Shown one piece after another: positions 1-12,377 of a stretch of 64,000 nt of DNA. The stretch is from Marsupella aquatica (Eukaryota > Plantae > Marchantiophyta), in assembly GCA_973895155.1 (NCBI GenBank), contig OZ316894.1, positions 10,385,874 through 10,449,873 of the forward strand. The letters run 5' to 3'. The translations under genes were made by a program, and so were the position numbers. Positions within the stretch are counted from its first letter, which is position 1. Every line of letters starts with the position of its first letter. The notes under the pieces were generated by a model. The model was given only the letters and a program-made list of their open reading frames with translations, was not told where the DNA came from and ran no database searches.

Positions 1-596
1 TTAGCTAGGTTTTATAATTTCTTTCTAGCTGTGTAGGCTTCGGAATACATATATCAACTGGAGGCCTTATGTTTTCCACGTCATCGATCCACAGAAATAA
101 TAAAAATTTATTATGATTGTTATATATATATATATATGATTCTCGTGGGTTACAAGCATAAATAATGCTAGAGCTGGCGGGCCTTTTTCAATTCATCAGT
201 CACATTAATTGAGAAAACTCTACAATTTAATTTGCTCTGGATCTGGGAATCATCTGGGTGTCAACGTTCTGACTTACTAGAAGCATATATTATCCAGCCA
301 GTGATCGCGCGAGAACTTTGGACGAAACTAGAGTGGAGTTTTGTCACACAAGGCTAGCTATATATCAATACAACTGTTTACTGAGTTATTAATACTAGTA
401 GTGTCCTTCCAACTTACGACGTTTTCTTGAGCCTTTTGGCAATCAGCTTTTCTATCTAGATTGAATCTAACCTCATTTTCAGATGTCTTTCATGCGGACC
501 CCTGGCCTATATTTGTCATCAGTGGAGAAGGGTTTTGACAGAATTCCATCCTGTGCCCTGGGTGAAATGTCACGTACTTGAATTGATTGTGTGCAG

Positions 597-786
597 GTAT
601 GCCCTGTTGGGAACAGGTAAGTGGAACATGAACGTCGACTGGAAGCTGCTTGCGAACGGGGAGGCTGGTCCCTCTGCTTTCTGGACAATCGATGATGCAG
701 GATTCTGGAGGGCATTGGAAGATCAATTGGAGAACCCTGATGCTGAAGAGACTAAAATCTGTGACTGGCGAAGCACGAGACCCTGA
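597..786 (+). CDS. Exon 2 of small secreted SPH/S1-like protein, copy A (exon 1 presumably upstream of the window)
   Basis: Acceptor tgtgtgcAG|G at 596/597. The 190-nt exon encodes YALLGTGKW...CDWRSTRP*, identical to exon 2 of the complete copy at 56142-56331. Confidence 0.75.
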
Positions 787-1530
787 AACCGACGAGACTA
801 GCGAGAATCTGTGACGTACTGGCGAAGCAGTACTGCCGTTTAGAAGGAGAAATAACGTACTGCCACAACGAGCATACTGCCGTGATTAGTCGAATAAGTA
901 CATATATTTGAATAAGGAACAGTACCTTATTGAAACTGTTTTTGCATGTATTCCGAATAAAATGAGCTCGGTGTCGGACTCAAACGACCATGACTATCAT
1001 TCAATATAACACTACTGGCGTCAATTCAAGAGAATATCGATCGATCAGTGACTACGTAGATCTCATTTGCTTCCTGCAATGGCCAGTACGTTGACAGCAA
1101 TACTAGCTAGCAAGGTGCACTCCTAGCTTAGGTTGTGGAATATTGAATGAGTATGAAATAGTTTGCAACTGAGGCTGGGGATTGGGAGTCTCAAGCATTC
1201 TAGCTATAAATTTCAGCTTTCTGTATTGCCGAACCACCCCGTTAATTTGGCTCTTATACAAGATACCAGCAACTTGTAACTAAAATATCTTTGATTTGGC
1301 AGCAAGAACGGGCTTTGTATTGTTCTCTACCTCCATCCGGTTTTAGCTTTATTTTGAATAAGCGGATAATTTTAACTGGTCCACGCGCGATCGATGCTAA
1401 TTAAGGTATGATGATGGATCGAAGCTATACTCACCAGATGTATTCTCATACTTTTCGACATTATTTGAGCCCTAGCTTTAAACTTTTACTAAATTTAATG
1501 TACGCATCATTTATATTCCAATTCAAAATT

Positions 1531-2042
1531 GCATATAGCATGCTCATCTTGGAACATGTTTTATTGTTTGTCTTATAGTGATGTTAAAGTAAATAAAATA
1601 TGAGAGCATAGAAGTGTTGTTATATAAGTAAAGTGTCTGCCAAGAAAGCACAGTGACCAAGAAAAGGTAGGATGTTATGATGTGTGCACTTAATTCAGGT
1701 GCCTTATGAATGACACTCCTTTCAATAAAAATCATAAATCTAGGAATGAAAAACATGAGGAGAACTTAAGAAGCTATGCATTCATGTTTTTTAGCATCAT
1801 TTCTCTCACTCGTGGTGGTGGAGCCTGTTGGTTTCATCTCTAAGAAAACACATCCTGTGAAAGGGGGCTACCCAAATAAATTCAAAACACTCTAGAATAC
1901 CTAAAACTAAAGGGGTCTGAAAATTAATTTAAAATGTATAGAATACAAAGGCTGCCCCTTGATAGGCAAATTGAAATGAAAATACATGACACAAAAAGCT
2001 GAATAAGACAAAATCTGAAATGTGCATTCACCATATAGCAGC
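1531..2042. other. 512-bp insertion flanked by a 15-bp direct duplication
   Basis: TTCCAATTCAAAATT at 1516-1530 and 2043-2057. The right arm has a single copy of this site and lacks the insert. Confidence 0.7.
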
Positions 2043-2647
2043 TTCCAATTCAAAATTTTTGGCTTGCATATGATTTTGTAAAGTCAGTAGGCTCTTGAAT
2101 TGGAAACTGTGAGTTCAAGGGGAGAAAAGCATGTTTATGATTTACGCAAGGTGAGTTAGCGTTTGGCAGCAATACAAATACACAAGAGTAAAATCCAGGG
2201 CCAAAAAAGGGAAAATGATATTGGGGGTGATAAGCCTATTTATTAAAAGTGTATTTTTTTGTTTATAAATCAGTCCTGAAATATACATTTTTATGGCCCC
2301 AAATGTACATTTTTTAAAATTATTTTTAATATTTTAATATTTTTTTGAAATAAAACCCACGAAAACCCACGGGAAGGGGCCAAAGCCATACAAGGCAAAT
2401 GAAAAAAGACAGAAAAAGACAAAAAGACAATGGGCCCGTAATAGCTAGGAACCTAAACTCCCAGTCAAAGCAATAAAGAGCGGGTATAAAAGGAGCCGGG
2501 ACCAAAAGACCTCACTCTGAAGGGGCAACAAGAGCCACTTTCCTAACACTAAAAATGGTGATGAGTTCTCAACTATAGAGTCTAGCATCTGCACGTGTCA
2601 ACCAGATTACTCTCTCCTTACTTACTAGCTCTTTAATTCGGAGAAGT

Positions 2648-5600
2648 CTAGTATATATGTTTCCTGCTAGGACCTGAAGCCTCGCATAGGCCGTGGAGAG
2701 AGTCTAAAAGTTCTGACAAGACCAGGTTCATGTTAAAAGATCTGGTTTGCTTAGAATTAAAAACTTGTTCATTCCTTGCAAGCCATAGTGCCCACAAAGT
2801 GTGAAAAATCATAAAGATTTTGAGGGACTTCGCAACTCCATCGCTTCCTTGAAGTTCCAAAGTGGTGAAAAGATCAACCTGTTGCCAGTTGAGAGTGCCC
2901 ATAAAAGTGAGACCCACCAGAGTCCAGCAGCGTCGAGCAAGAGAGGAATAAATGTGGGATCGTCTCCAAAACATTTGCGCAGAGCAAGCAATGGCCATCT
3001 CCTTTACCAATCCTCTTTGCTCTAATTCCAGTACAAAAGACCTTGAGCAACTATTCTCCAGAGAAAGGTGCGAGCTTTGAGGGGAAGATCGGTGGACCAA
3101 AGCGAGATCCAAAATTTGCTCCAGTTCCTTTCGCCGCGTGAATGGCCCCAAATCCTATTGAGCCTGAGAAAGTCGGAGCCTTTGGGTCTCAAAAGCTGAT
3201 ATGTCCGTGCATTGGAGAGATGAAATTTTTCCAACTTCTCCTCCTTGTCTGACCAGCGCCATTGTGTAGCTCTCGACCAAAAAAAGTCCCTCTCATCCGA
3301 TGTGCCCTGGATTTTTCCAATGAACAGAAGGCATAGCTCCCGAATCCTCCAATCTACACCTCTGATGCGTAACAGCTTGCCAGTAAAGTAATGTAGAACC
3401 AAGTCATGTTCTCCCCTAAGATCCGCAATTTTCCTTAAGCCGATACTACCAAGCACCTTAATCATAGAGTGAAGAGTAGGATCATCCAGATGTTGAAAGT
3501 TTTCTAAACATCTGAGCACATCTTCGATGCTCCACCAGCTGGCCACCATGGAAGCCAACGGGGAAAAAATAAGATGAGAGCGTAGTGATTCCCAAGCCTG
3601 CCATAATCCCCCTGTGTAGTGAAGACGGCCAAAGGAAAGGGGGTAACTGAGTAATAGAAGATCAGAAAGAGAGTAGTAGTTACGTCGGATATGTTTCAGA
3701 TTCCTCCATTTTGCCATCCATAGGTTCGCTTTGAATAAAGCAGACCATTCAAACTTCTTCAAGTCTAGAGCTCGGATAAACCATTGGCAAAGTAGCGCAT
3801 CAGAATGACTTCTGAAATCTTTAAAACCAAGACCACCATCAATCTTGGGTCTCGCCATCGTATTCCATGCAACCAGAGGAATCTTTCGACCACCACCAGC
3901 ATTGTAGCCCCATAAGAAGTCACGGCATAGCGCTACCATTGATTTGGCAAGTGAGTTGGGGCTGCGTAAGAACATCATGTGGTAGATATATAGGTATCGC
4001 TTGCAGAACATGCTTAATAAGAATTGTACGACCTGTAAATGATAAGAATCGAGTGGCCCAGCTAGAAAGTCTAGCGCTGAGCTTATCTACTAGGCAGAAC
4101 TTGTGAAGTCTAGAGGCGGTTAAGCCCCAACCAAGAGGTGCACCAAGATATCTCTGAATTTCTCCAGGGAGACTAATTTTGCATCCAGTGTTGGTGAGCC
4201 ATTCAGGAACTTCATCAGATGTTAAGGGAATCACTGACGACTTGTGCAGGTTCAGCTTGGCGCCTGAAGCAAGTTTGTAGCAAGCTAAAGCCTCCGTTGC
4301 TCCTTGGAAGTCTTCTTCAGTTGCCAGTATAACCATTCCCAAGTCGTCTGCAAATAATCTGTAAGAGACTGAGAGAGATTCTGAAATTTGAATGCCTCTG
4401 AAACTACCTCGCCGGATCTCGTGGTCTAAAAAGTCCATTAGAGGTTGAATGGGTTGCAATAACAAAGAGCAGAGGGGAGAGGGGACAACCTTGATGTACT
4501 CCTCTAAGCATTTGAATGTCATGAGAGAATAAACCATTAACATGGACTTTGGAATAGGCTCCAATGAGTAGGGATCTAACTAAGCTGATGAAGTGATCGA
4601 CTTCCAAGACCGAGTAGATGCATGGTTTCCCAGATATAGGAGTGACAGACTCTATCAAAAGCTTTCTCGAAGTCAAGAAGAAGGAAAAGTGCATCAATCT
4701 TCTTGGAGCAGACCCAGTCGATAGTCATCGAAGCAATAGAGATGTTTTCTAGTATATGTCTACCCGGAATAAAGCCTGTTTGTTGGGGACTAATGAGCTT
4801 ATTGAGGAGCGGTTTCAGTCTCAAGGCCAGGATTTTAGCTACAATTTTGTAAACCGTGTTGAGCATAGTAAGCGGGCGCCAATCTTTTAGTCTCTGCTTA
4901 TCAGGTTTCTTAGGAATAAATTTGATCACTCCTTCTTTTAGATTAGCCAAGAGTGTGCCTGTTCTCCAAAAGTCAAGGATCATGTCGTATAGATCTTGTT
5001 GAAATAAAATGCCAGCAAGATCTGTAGATCTTTGCAGTAATACCATCAGGTCCAGGAGCTTTATCTGTTGGAAGTAGCCAAAGAGTGGAGCAGATTCCCT
5101 CAATAGTTGGAGGTAATTCCAATTTCCAGATTTCATCAGCCGTAAGAGTCTTGCCAGTATGCGCAAACAGTTTGTGACGAGCATTGCGGACCTCACTAGA
5201 TTCGTTGTAACGTAAATCCTCAGGTGCTTCATACAGAAGAGCACATTGCTTCTCTACTTCTTGTAGGATCAACACATCTTGAGTGATAGTGTTTCCATTA
5301 TCAAGCAGAAGAGATGGCATCAATTCTCTGGATCTTTTAGCCTTAATGGTGGCAAAATAGAATTTCAAAGGTTCATCCCCTTGACCCAGCCATTTGATTC
5401 GCGAGAGTCTCCTTCCCAATTGCGCTTCTTCATGGTCTGTTGCACGCACCTGATCTTCAATAGTGGAGTAATCCTTTAAAAGCTCTGAGTCTGTGAATGA
5501 GTTGATAAGGGCAGCCTTCAGGGCGCGGAGTTTTCCTCTCAAAATGGAAACTTCCAGCTCGCGGTCCCCAGGGGTGAAGTGGACTTCTTTATAAGTGTCC

Positions 5601-6514
5601 CTCAGACACAAACTTGCCTTATAGAATCTCAGGTGTGGGTCTGAGACAAATTCTCCACTCGAGGACCAGGCCACTGCTAGTTTGTCGATGAATCCTTTCA
5701 TTTTTAGCAGCCCCGTGTTGGCCTTGAAGAAAGAAGATTTCCGTGCCGCATTTCTTTCTAAAACTGGAGAAGAGAGACTAAAGCATATGATAACTGGGTC
5801 ATGATCTGAAAGGGCCGTACCACCTTCATGTAGCAGGTCAATCACTGCTCCCGTCCACCAGCTTTTTCCACTAAAGTAGAACCTGTCAAGTCTGGATTGC
5901 ACTAGATTGCTGTTAATGATTCGCCTCCATGTAAATTCCGAACCCTGAAAGCCTTGTGTGATGTTAACAGCGTCTTCTAAGTCAAACCTCATTTTGAAAA
6001 ATCTCCAGAATTCTGCTTCTCTGCCTTTGATCAGCGGTGAAGGACCAGTGGAGTCGAAACTGATTTCCACCATGTTGAAGTCTCCACAAACGATCCAGTT
6101 ATCCTGAGGTAGAGAGGTTTTTAAATCATTCCACAGAATAGCCCGCTCCCGAGGAGAATTAGGAGCATAGATACTCACAGTTCCAAAGTGTCCATCTGCG
6201 TGTAAGCCTTTGACCCAAACTGCTCTGCCCTTGTCTATAATGCCGGATTGGGTGATTTGAAAGGAGGGGTGCACCAGAAGGGATGTACCGCCTCTACCTT
6301 CATCAGATTCAGCAAAAAGATGTTGATAAGAAGGTAGAATAGTACGTAAAGCTAAGTCTAAGCGAAATTTATCAGTTTTGACCTCTTGAAGTGCTAGAGC
6401 AAATAGTGGAATTTTGAGCGAGATAATCCAATTTTTGACAATATGTTTCCTATTGGCTTCACATAAGCCACAAACATTCCATGAGCCTATAAAGAGTCGG
6501 GTGTCCATTGACAT
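2648..6514 (-). pseudogene. LINE ORF2 (APE endonuclease - reverse transcriptase - zf-RVT-like), frameshifted
   Basis: EN motifs SWNVCGL, LQEVK, IYAPN, GDFN, SRLDRF, SDHDPV. RT motifs KAPGPDG, WRPLTMLN, QTGFIPGR, LDFEKAFD, QGCPLSPLLF, FADD, YLG. C-terminal LPLKARTFLWR. Spread over at least 5 frame segments. Confidence 0.95.
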
Positions 6515-7984
6515 GAAACTCCGTTTCGCAAGAAGAAATTTAAACTGACTATTCTAATTCAAAATTTCAGAGGGGAGCACCGCCGTCAAAATACGCTCAA
6601 GAAGATACCCCCGGTCCAAAAAGATCCAAAGCCAACTACGCCGATGGGTTACGGTGAGAGCTGGATCTCGCTCGAGTCTGAGAACCTGGAACCTAAGTAT
6701 CAGAAGATGAGAATTGAATCGATCGACCCTTTTTGGTATTTGCTTTTTTGTCTTTCTTCTTCTTTTGATCAGACGGAGGGGTTCAGAGCTCCAGTTTCCT
6801 AGCACGATCCTTTTTTAGCTGAGTCTTCGAGATGTATTCCTCATATTCAGACATTTCCACATCCGAACCACCCAAGATTGAGGCTATCTCATCTCCGTCG
6901 ACTACCACTTGTAACTGCTGATCAGTCGAGTTTGATCCCGTCGTGAGGGAACGTGTATCCTCATTTGAAGTGATAAGGAGATGTGGAGGATTATCCGTCT
7001 GAGTCGCTAGTTGAACTAACAACGGAGTCACAGTCAAATCCTGCTCCAGTTGTTGTTCATCTAAAATATCTTCAGGGGTTGGCAGAGCTTGAAAAAGAGC
7101 GTTGTCTCTGAGTAAGGGAAGATAGGGGTTATCAATGCCAATCACAGAATGGTGTGGGGATCGTGTAGGAGATGGAGATGCAATTGCTTCTATACTCTGA
7201 TGTTCCAAACTGTGGGACTCGTCCGTTTGTGGTGTTGTGGCAAGTTGAGTAAGCCTATGCGAATTCACTTTCACTTTCAAGGGTCGAGATGAGCTACCAA
7301 TTGAAAGTTATTGGAGATCAATGGCTCACCACTAGGTTCAACTGTAGACTCGTAAGCGGGAATCTCCTGATTTGTCTTAAACACGGTGATGGACCAAACG
7401 AGAAGTGTGACGCCTAATGGAGAAGGGTGTTTTCAATTTCGATCGATTTTTGCAAATTTTCACAATGTGCGCGACACATTTCTCACAAAATCAATGATTT
7501 TTGCAAAACCGACTAATTCGTATCGTTCCCAACTTCGCGAGGAATGATGACTTCATCCCAAATTGTGAATTTCAATATCCTCACTAACTTCAAATATTTT
7601 CATTGCAACAATAGAACCCAGAAATATTTCCATTTTGGTTAAATTTTGAAAATAGAACTTTTGGTGACAAGGAAAACAGATCAAGAAAACAAAACTATTC
7701 CGATACCGGTATCGCTCCTTGAATTCCATTCAAATTTGTTTGTCGTTTCTTTCATAAAACAAAGGTTTTGAAATATTTACCACATTCTAATATTTTTTTA
7801 CATCAAATTTCACCACACAGTCAGTTGAAGTTACCTCGAAGTTCACCACGTAGTTTGCAAAATTCCATTGTCAACGTTAAAACAAGAATACAAATGGCAA
7901 TGTCCATTTGTAATTATTTCGGACTCATTTCTTAGTCCTTCCTCTAGCAAACCGGTGTCGCTCTTCCTCCCGGTTCATCTGTAA

Positions 7985-8440
7985 TCCTCACTCAAATACA
8001 GTCCGCGATACTGGTATCGCTCTTCCTCCTTGACCACCTATAAACACCACTCCAATACAGACCGCGATACTGGTATGATCGCTCTTCCTCCTTGACCGCC
8101 TGTAAACACCACTTCAATACAGACCGCGATACCGGTATCTCTCTTCCTCCTTGACCACCTGTAAACACCACTCCAATATAGACCACGATACTGGTATCTC
8201 TCTTCCTCCTTGACCACCTATAAACACCACTCCAATACAGACCGCGATACCCGTATCTCTCTTCCTCCTTGACCACCTGTAAACACCACTCCAATACAGA
8301 CCACAATACCGGTATCTCTCTTCCTCCTTGACCACCTGTAAACACCACTCCAATACAGACCGCGATACCGGTATAGCTTTTTCTCCCGACAACCTTGAAT
8401 GCCAATCCAATAAACATAACAATACCGGTATTTGTCGTCC
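7985..8440. repeat. ~59-bp tandem array (~7 copies) with GATACCGGTATC palindrome
   Basis: Unit ACCGCGATACCGGTATCTCTCTTCCTCCTTGACCACCTGTAAACACCACTCCAATACAG repeated head-to-tail inside the TIR element. Confidence 0.95.
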
Positions 8441-8532
8441 TCCAGGATCACATTAACCATGGGTTAAGTTTTGTAGTCAACCGCGCAGTTTACCGTCTCA
8501 AGTAAATTTTTTTAACTGTTTGGTTGCACAAT

Positions 8533-11500
8533 TGTCGCGCTGCTAACCTGGGCCTTAAATCCAGTTTAGTGCCATGGTGCGACCTCGACCACCAGTAAGG
8601 GTGAGGGTTCGGGCAAGGAGGTGTGTAGTGACCTCAATTAGCCCTAAGTCGGGCTAAGTCGATATACTTACCGGTATAACACCTGAATAATTCGTACTAG
8701 TCATAGGTATATTTGTTTTCCACCGCTGGAATATTCCCTCAGTTAGTGACTCAGACTAACTCCCAGCTTGGGGCCTTTCAAGCCATCGACACGACAGGAC
8801 CTTGTGACATACAATGAGTGGCAATCCCTACCATTAGTCCGCACCCGGTACGTCCCTTAAAATGGCGCCTTTACCCAGACAAAGCATACACACAACACCA
8901 GTTACTTGCAGAAACATTAGGGGGAAAAGACTACATTTACTCAGTGAAGCATCAGTTTACATGGTTGACTCGACTTCAAAGGGGGTCAGCAGGCCCAACG
9001 GCAGTCGATGCCCAGTCTCTACGAGGCCCTGCCTCGCACTTGCCCAGCAAGCTCGACTCTGGCTCTCACTCCTTGATGCACTCTGACCCTGCTCAGGCCG
9101 GGACTCCCCGTGCCTCACCTTCCCTCTACTGAGATAACTAAGCCTTCTCCCCTTCCTTAGCGGAAGGGGAAGCCTAGATACTACAATCGCGGAGGAGAGC
9201 CGGAGGATACTGCCTTCCTGGCTACTACCTACTGACTAAACTACCTACTGACTAACGGCCGTGCCGCACTGACTGGTTGACCGTCGACGACAAGGTGCCG
9301 ACCAGAATGGCAACGGCCAAGCCTACTGACTAATTCTAGTCCGTTGATGGACTCCATCCTACGTTGGCTGATCCTAACTGATCCGGCCCTAATTCTTCTT
9401 ACTGCCGCTAATCGGCGCCTAATGACTGTCATTCTGTCGTTACGCCTAACCAAAAGATGCCGCTGACTTAACTGCCTCGCACGGCGCCTGCTTCCACCCT
9501 TCGCTAACCACCCCTTACGTGTGTGCAGTGGTTGGACCAAGGCTGGTCCCCTTGTCGGGACGAGACCTCGAGCCGCCTTGATCAGAGGTGGGCCCAGGTT
9601 TTCCCCGCTGGAGGATGAGCAGGGTAATGCGGTCCTACAAGGCCTTGTTGTCCCGGACCGCCTCCTCCGCCTCATTTGCAGCTTCATCGACCTCGGTCTG
9701 GAGCCACGCTACCTCCAGATTGAGCTGGTCGATGGAGTTGCGATGGATCTGGTCCTGTGCTAGCAATTTATCTCGTTCAGCGGAGAGACTAGCCACCTGT
9801 TGTGCTACCTGCAGGAATTGTTTGTTGAGGTCGGTCAGGCTGGTAACCCGAGCCAAAGATTCTGAGCGTAATTGAAAACGGTGTCATCCAGCTTCTTGAG
9901 TTCGACCTACGCTCCGCTTAACTCCTGGTTTAGTCCGTCCCTCTGTTCGACGGTGCGGACTAACTCCTCGCGTCGGGTTGTTGCCTCCTCCTCGAGGTGC
10001 TCTACCAACATCTGGAGGCGCCCGATCTCATTCCCCTTCGCCATGAGTTCTTCTTCCAGGCGGCTTACGATCCGTGGTTGGTGCTCTAACATGAAGAAGG
10101 CTGGTTGAAAGTACGCCGAGACTTGTTGTCCGATGTACGCCGCCAGCTCCCCAGACATAGTCTGGCTAAACTTGTGGACCAGGTCGTAGGCCATGGTCCC
10201 CGGGGCTACTTGGTAGTCCTCCATCCTCTCGGGTACCGGTGGTTCCTCGGCAGGGGCAATGAGCTCCTCCGTAGTCAGCGCTGGGGAGGGGAAGGTCTCT
10301 TCAGGTGGGGGAGGGATTGGGGGTGGTTGTACTGCGGGTAGCGGAGGCTCGACGGAAGGGGGCGGCGGAATTTCCACGGGGGGTGGTGGCGAAGTATTAG
10401 GCGGGGCTTCCGGCTCGGGGTTTGCCCGAGGGACGGTAGTCCGCGTAGTCGGGGTTGCCTCCTCTGGGGCGGGGGTGACATTACCCGGGGCTGAGGTGGC
10501 CATATTCTTTCCTCTGGCCTCCCGCCGTGCCTTGTACCAGGCGAGGATAATGGCTATATGACTTCCAAGTAAGTCTTCCCCCCAATAGCCATACCACCCT
10601 GAGCCCGCTTCAGCTCCCCCGAGAATCTTTGGTAGAAGAATTGGGCCCAGTTTCATCGTTTGTACTGTTCCACCTGCACGATCGTGCAGAGGGAAATCTC
10701 GGATCGTGGCTCAATCATGTGTAGGGTAGTCCGTATGAAGTTAAGCCGCTCCATACAGGTTAAGTTGGTGCACGCCCCCTGCTTGTATCGGTTGTCCGTC
10801 TTACCCTCGGGTTTGAAGTACCGCGGCGTATACTCCTTATCCCGAATTCGGATTTCCACCGGCACCGGCCCGGTTGGTAGGCAGAAGATTTGCGTTAACC
10901 GATGCTCCGTGAGTGATAAGGCCTGCCCCGAAACCTTGGTGGTCGACGCGTCAGTGTCGAAATTGGAGATGAACTCACAAATCTCCTTCGGCCCGGCGGC
11001 GCACGGCCTCCATAGCAAGTGGGCGAACCGCTCGAACTGATGCTCCTTGAGATAGTCCGCATGTTCGAGTTTCTTGATCGCGATCCAGACTACTTCGGGG
11101 ACGCGGATTACCTATAATAAGTTGGACTTCAGGTTATCCGGGGGCCGTCGGGTCTGGTTGGTCGGGGGATTTGCTGGGGCAGGTGCAGGCGCGGCGTCGG
11201 TCCGTGTTGATTCGGGGGCCGTCGTAGTCCTTGGCCGCTTACGAGGACGCTGTTCAAGTTGTGGACTAGCTCGCTCGGAACCCAAAGAACACTCCGTGTT
11301 GATTACTGGACGGACTTGGGACTGGTTCGGCGGTACTCCGGTGGTCATCGGTTGAGGCACTGGTGGTATCGGGGTAGCCATATCCCAGTGGAAGGCGTTG
11401 GAGCTTTCCCCGAGGAACGTAAGATTACGCGCCGCTTCCCGTTGTCTGCTGATGTCTTCCTGGCGCTTTTTGGCTGCGATCTGCTGGTCTAGGTACCCCG

Positions 11501-12377
11501 GAATCTTGTCAAACTCCGCTTGAGTAAGCCACTGGTTGCCCTTCAGCTTAAAGAACTTCGCTGGAACCTCAAGAATCGCCTCAGCTACCGATCTAAGCCC
11601 TTCCTCGTTGAGATATAGTTCGGTGATGTAGTCTCGCAGCTTGTTGTAGCTGGAATCCCTGGTGATGGCTGTCCTTTCGCAATTAACCAGTGCTACCTTG
11701 GTCACCAGCCTCGCGTATCTTTGTTCGTAAGCGGATTTCTCGGGGCAAGAGTACCAGTAAGTCTCGGAGAACTTAGCACCTACCTCGCCAAACAAGCTCC
11801 AAAATCCCAAGGCTGTGAGGGTCATACTAACCTCATAGTCTGGTTCGTTGAGTCCGCGTTCCCACCCGACTGGTCCTCTATCGTGGAGGCCTCGCTCGTC
11901 CTGACTAAATCTTGCCACATTCCGCTCTTCTCCCTCGATAATCTCCTTGTAAAGGTCGACTCGATTCGATCAGCAGGGCGAGTGGGTGGCAACGTCCGCG
12001 AATTCAAAGAAAGGTAGGCATGAGCAAATGGCCCGCAGCACCATCGGCTCCTCTCTTATGGAGGTGCCAGGATGAGCCCGAGCGTGAGAAGGCCAGGCCG
12101 TTTTGGTCATTGATAGCGAGCTGAAGTCGGCGCCTCGGTCCAAGCGTGATTCTTCTAACTGATTTTTACTCTGTTGCCGCCACCGTACCTCGGTCGCGCG
12201 TAATAATCCCCTTCCTGAACTCGTAATGATTCGATCATCTTAACCTACTCCTAATCTAATCATAATGGCCACAGACGGCTATACGTGCTATTCTACACTA
12301 TGGCTACGGTCCTAATGACCGTATAAGTCCTAATCTACGACCTGGGTTCGATCAAGTGACACGTTACCCGTGTCACA
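8533..12377 (-). mobile_element. 3.85-kb solo-LTR-like element with internal ORF (family A, copy 1)
   Basis: TGT...ACA termini; 5-bp TSD ACAAT (8528-8532, 12378-12382); no internal direct repeats seen; highly similar inverted copy at 35624-40555. Confidence 0.85.
9515..11918 (-). pseudogene. ~800-codon ORF of family A (retroelement accessory-type domain + Pro-rich linker + coiled coil), disrupted
   Basis: ORF-track segments of 268, 121, 249 and 73 aa are collinear and match one frame in copy 2. Motifs EFISNFD..TTKV.GQ.LSLTE..L.QIF.LP and NWAQFF. Confidence 0.75.

Larger units (their letters stand above)
1..2308 (+). repeat. Left arm of inverted segmental duplication (partner 55067-56934); reaches the window edge
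   Basis: Positions 1-~2308 are the reverse complement of ~55067-56934 (e.g. 1-70 vs 56870-56934; the 83-aa ORFs 535-786+ and 56142-56393- are identical). This arm has an extra 512-bp insert. Confidence 0.95.

Noticed and set aside
535-596. N-terminal part of the 83-aa ORF (MTEFHPVPW...) as coding
   Set aside because: It starts at TTG within intron sequence upstream of the splice acceptor at 596.
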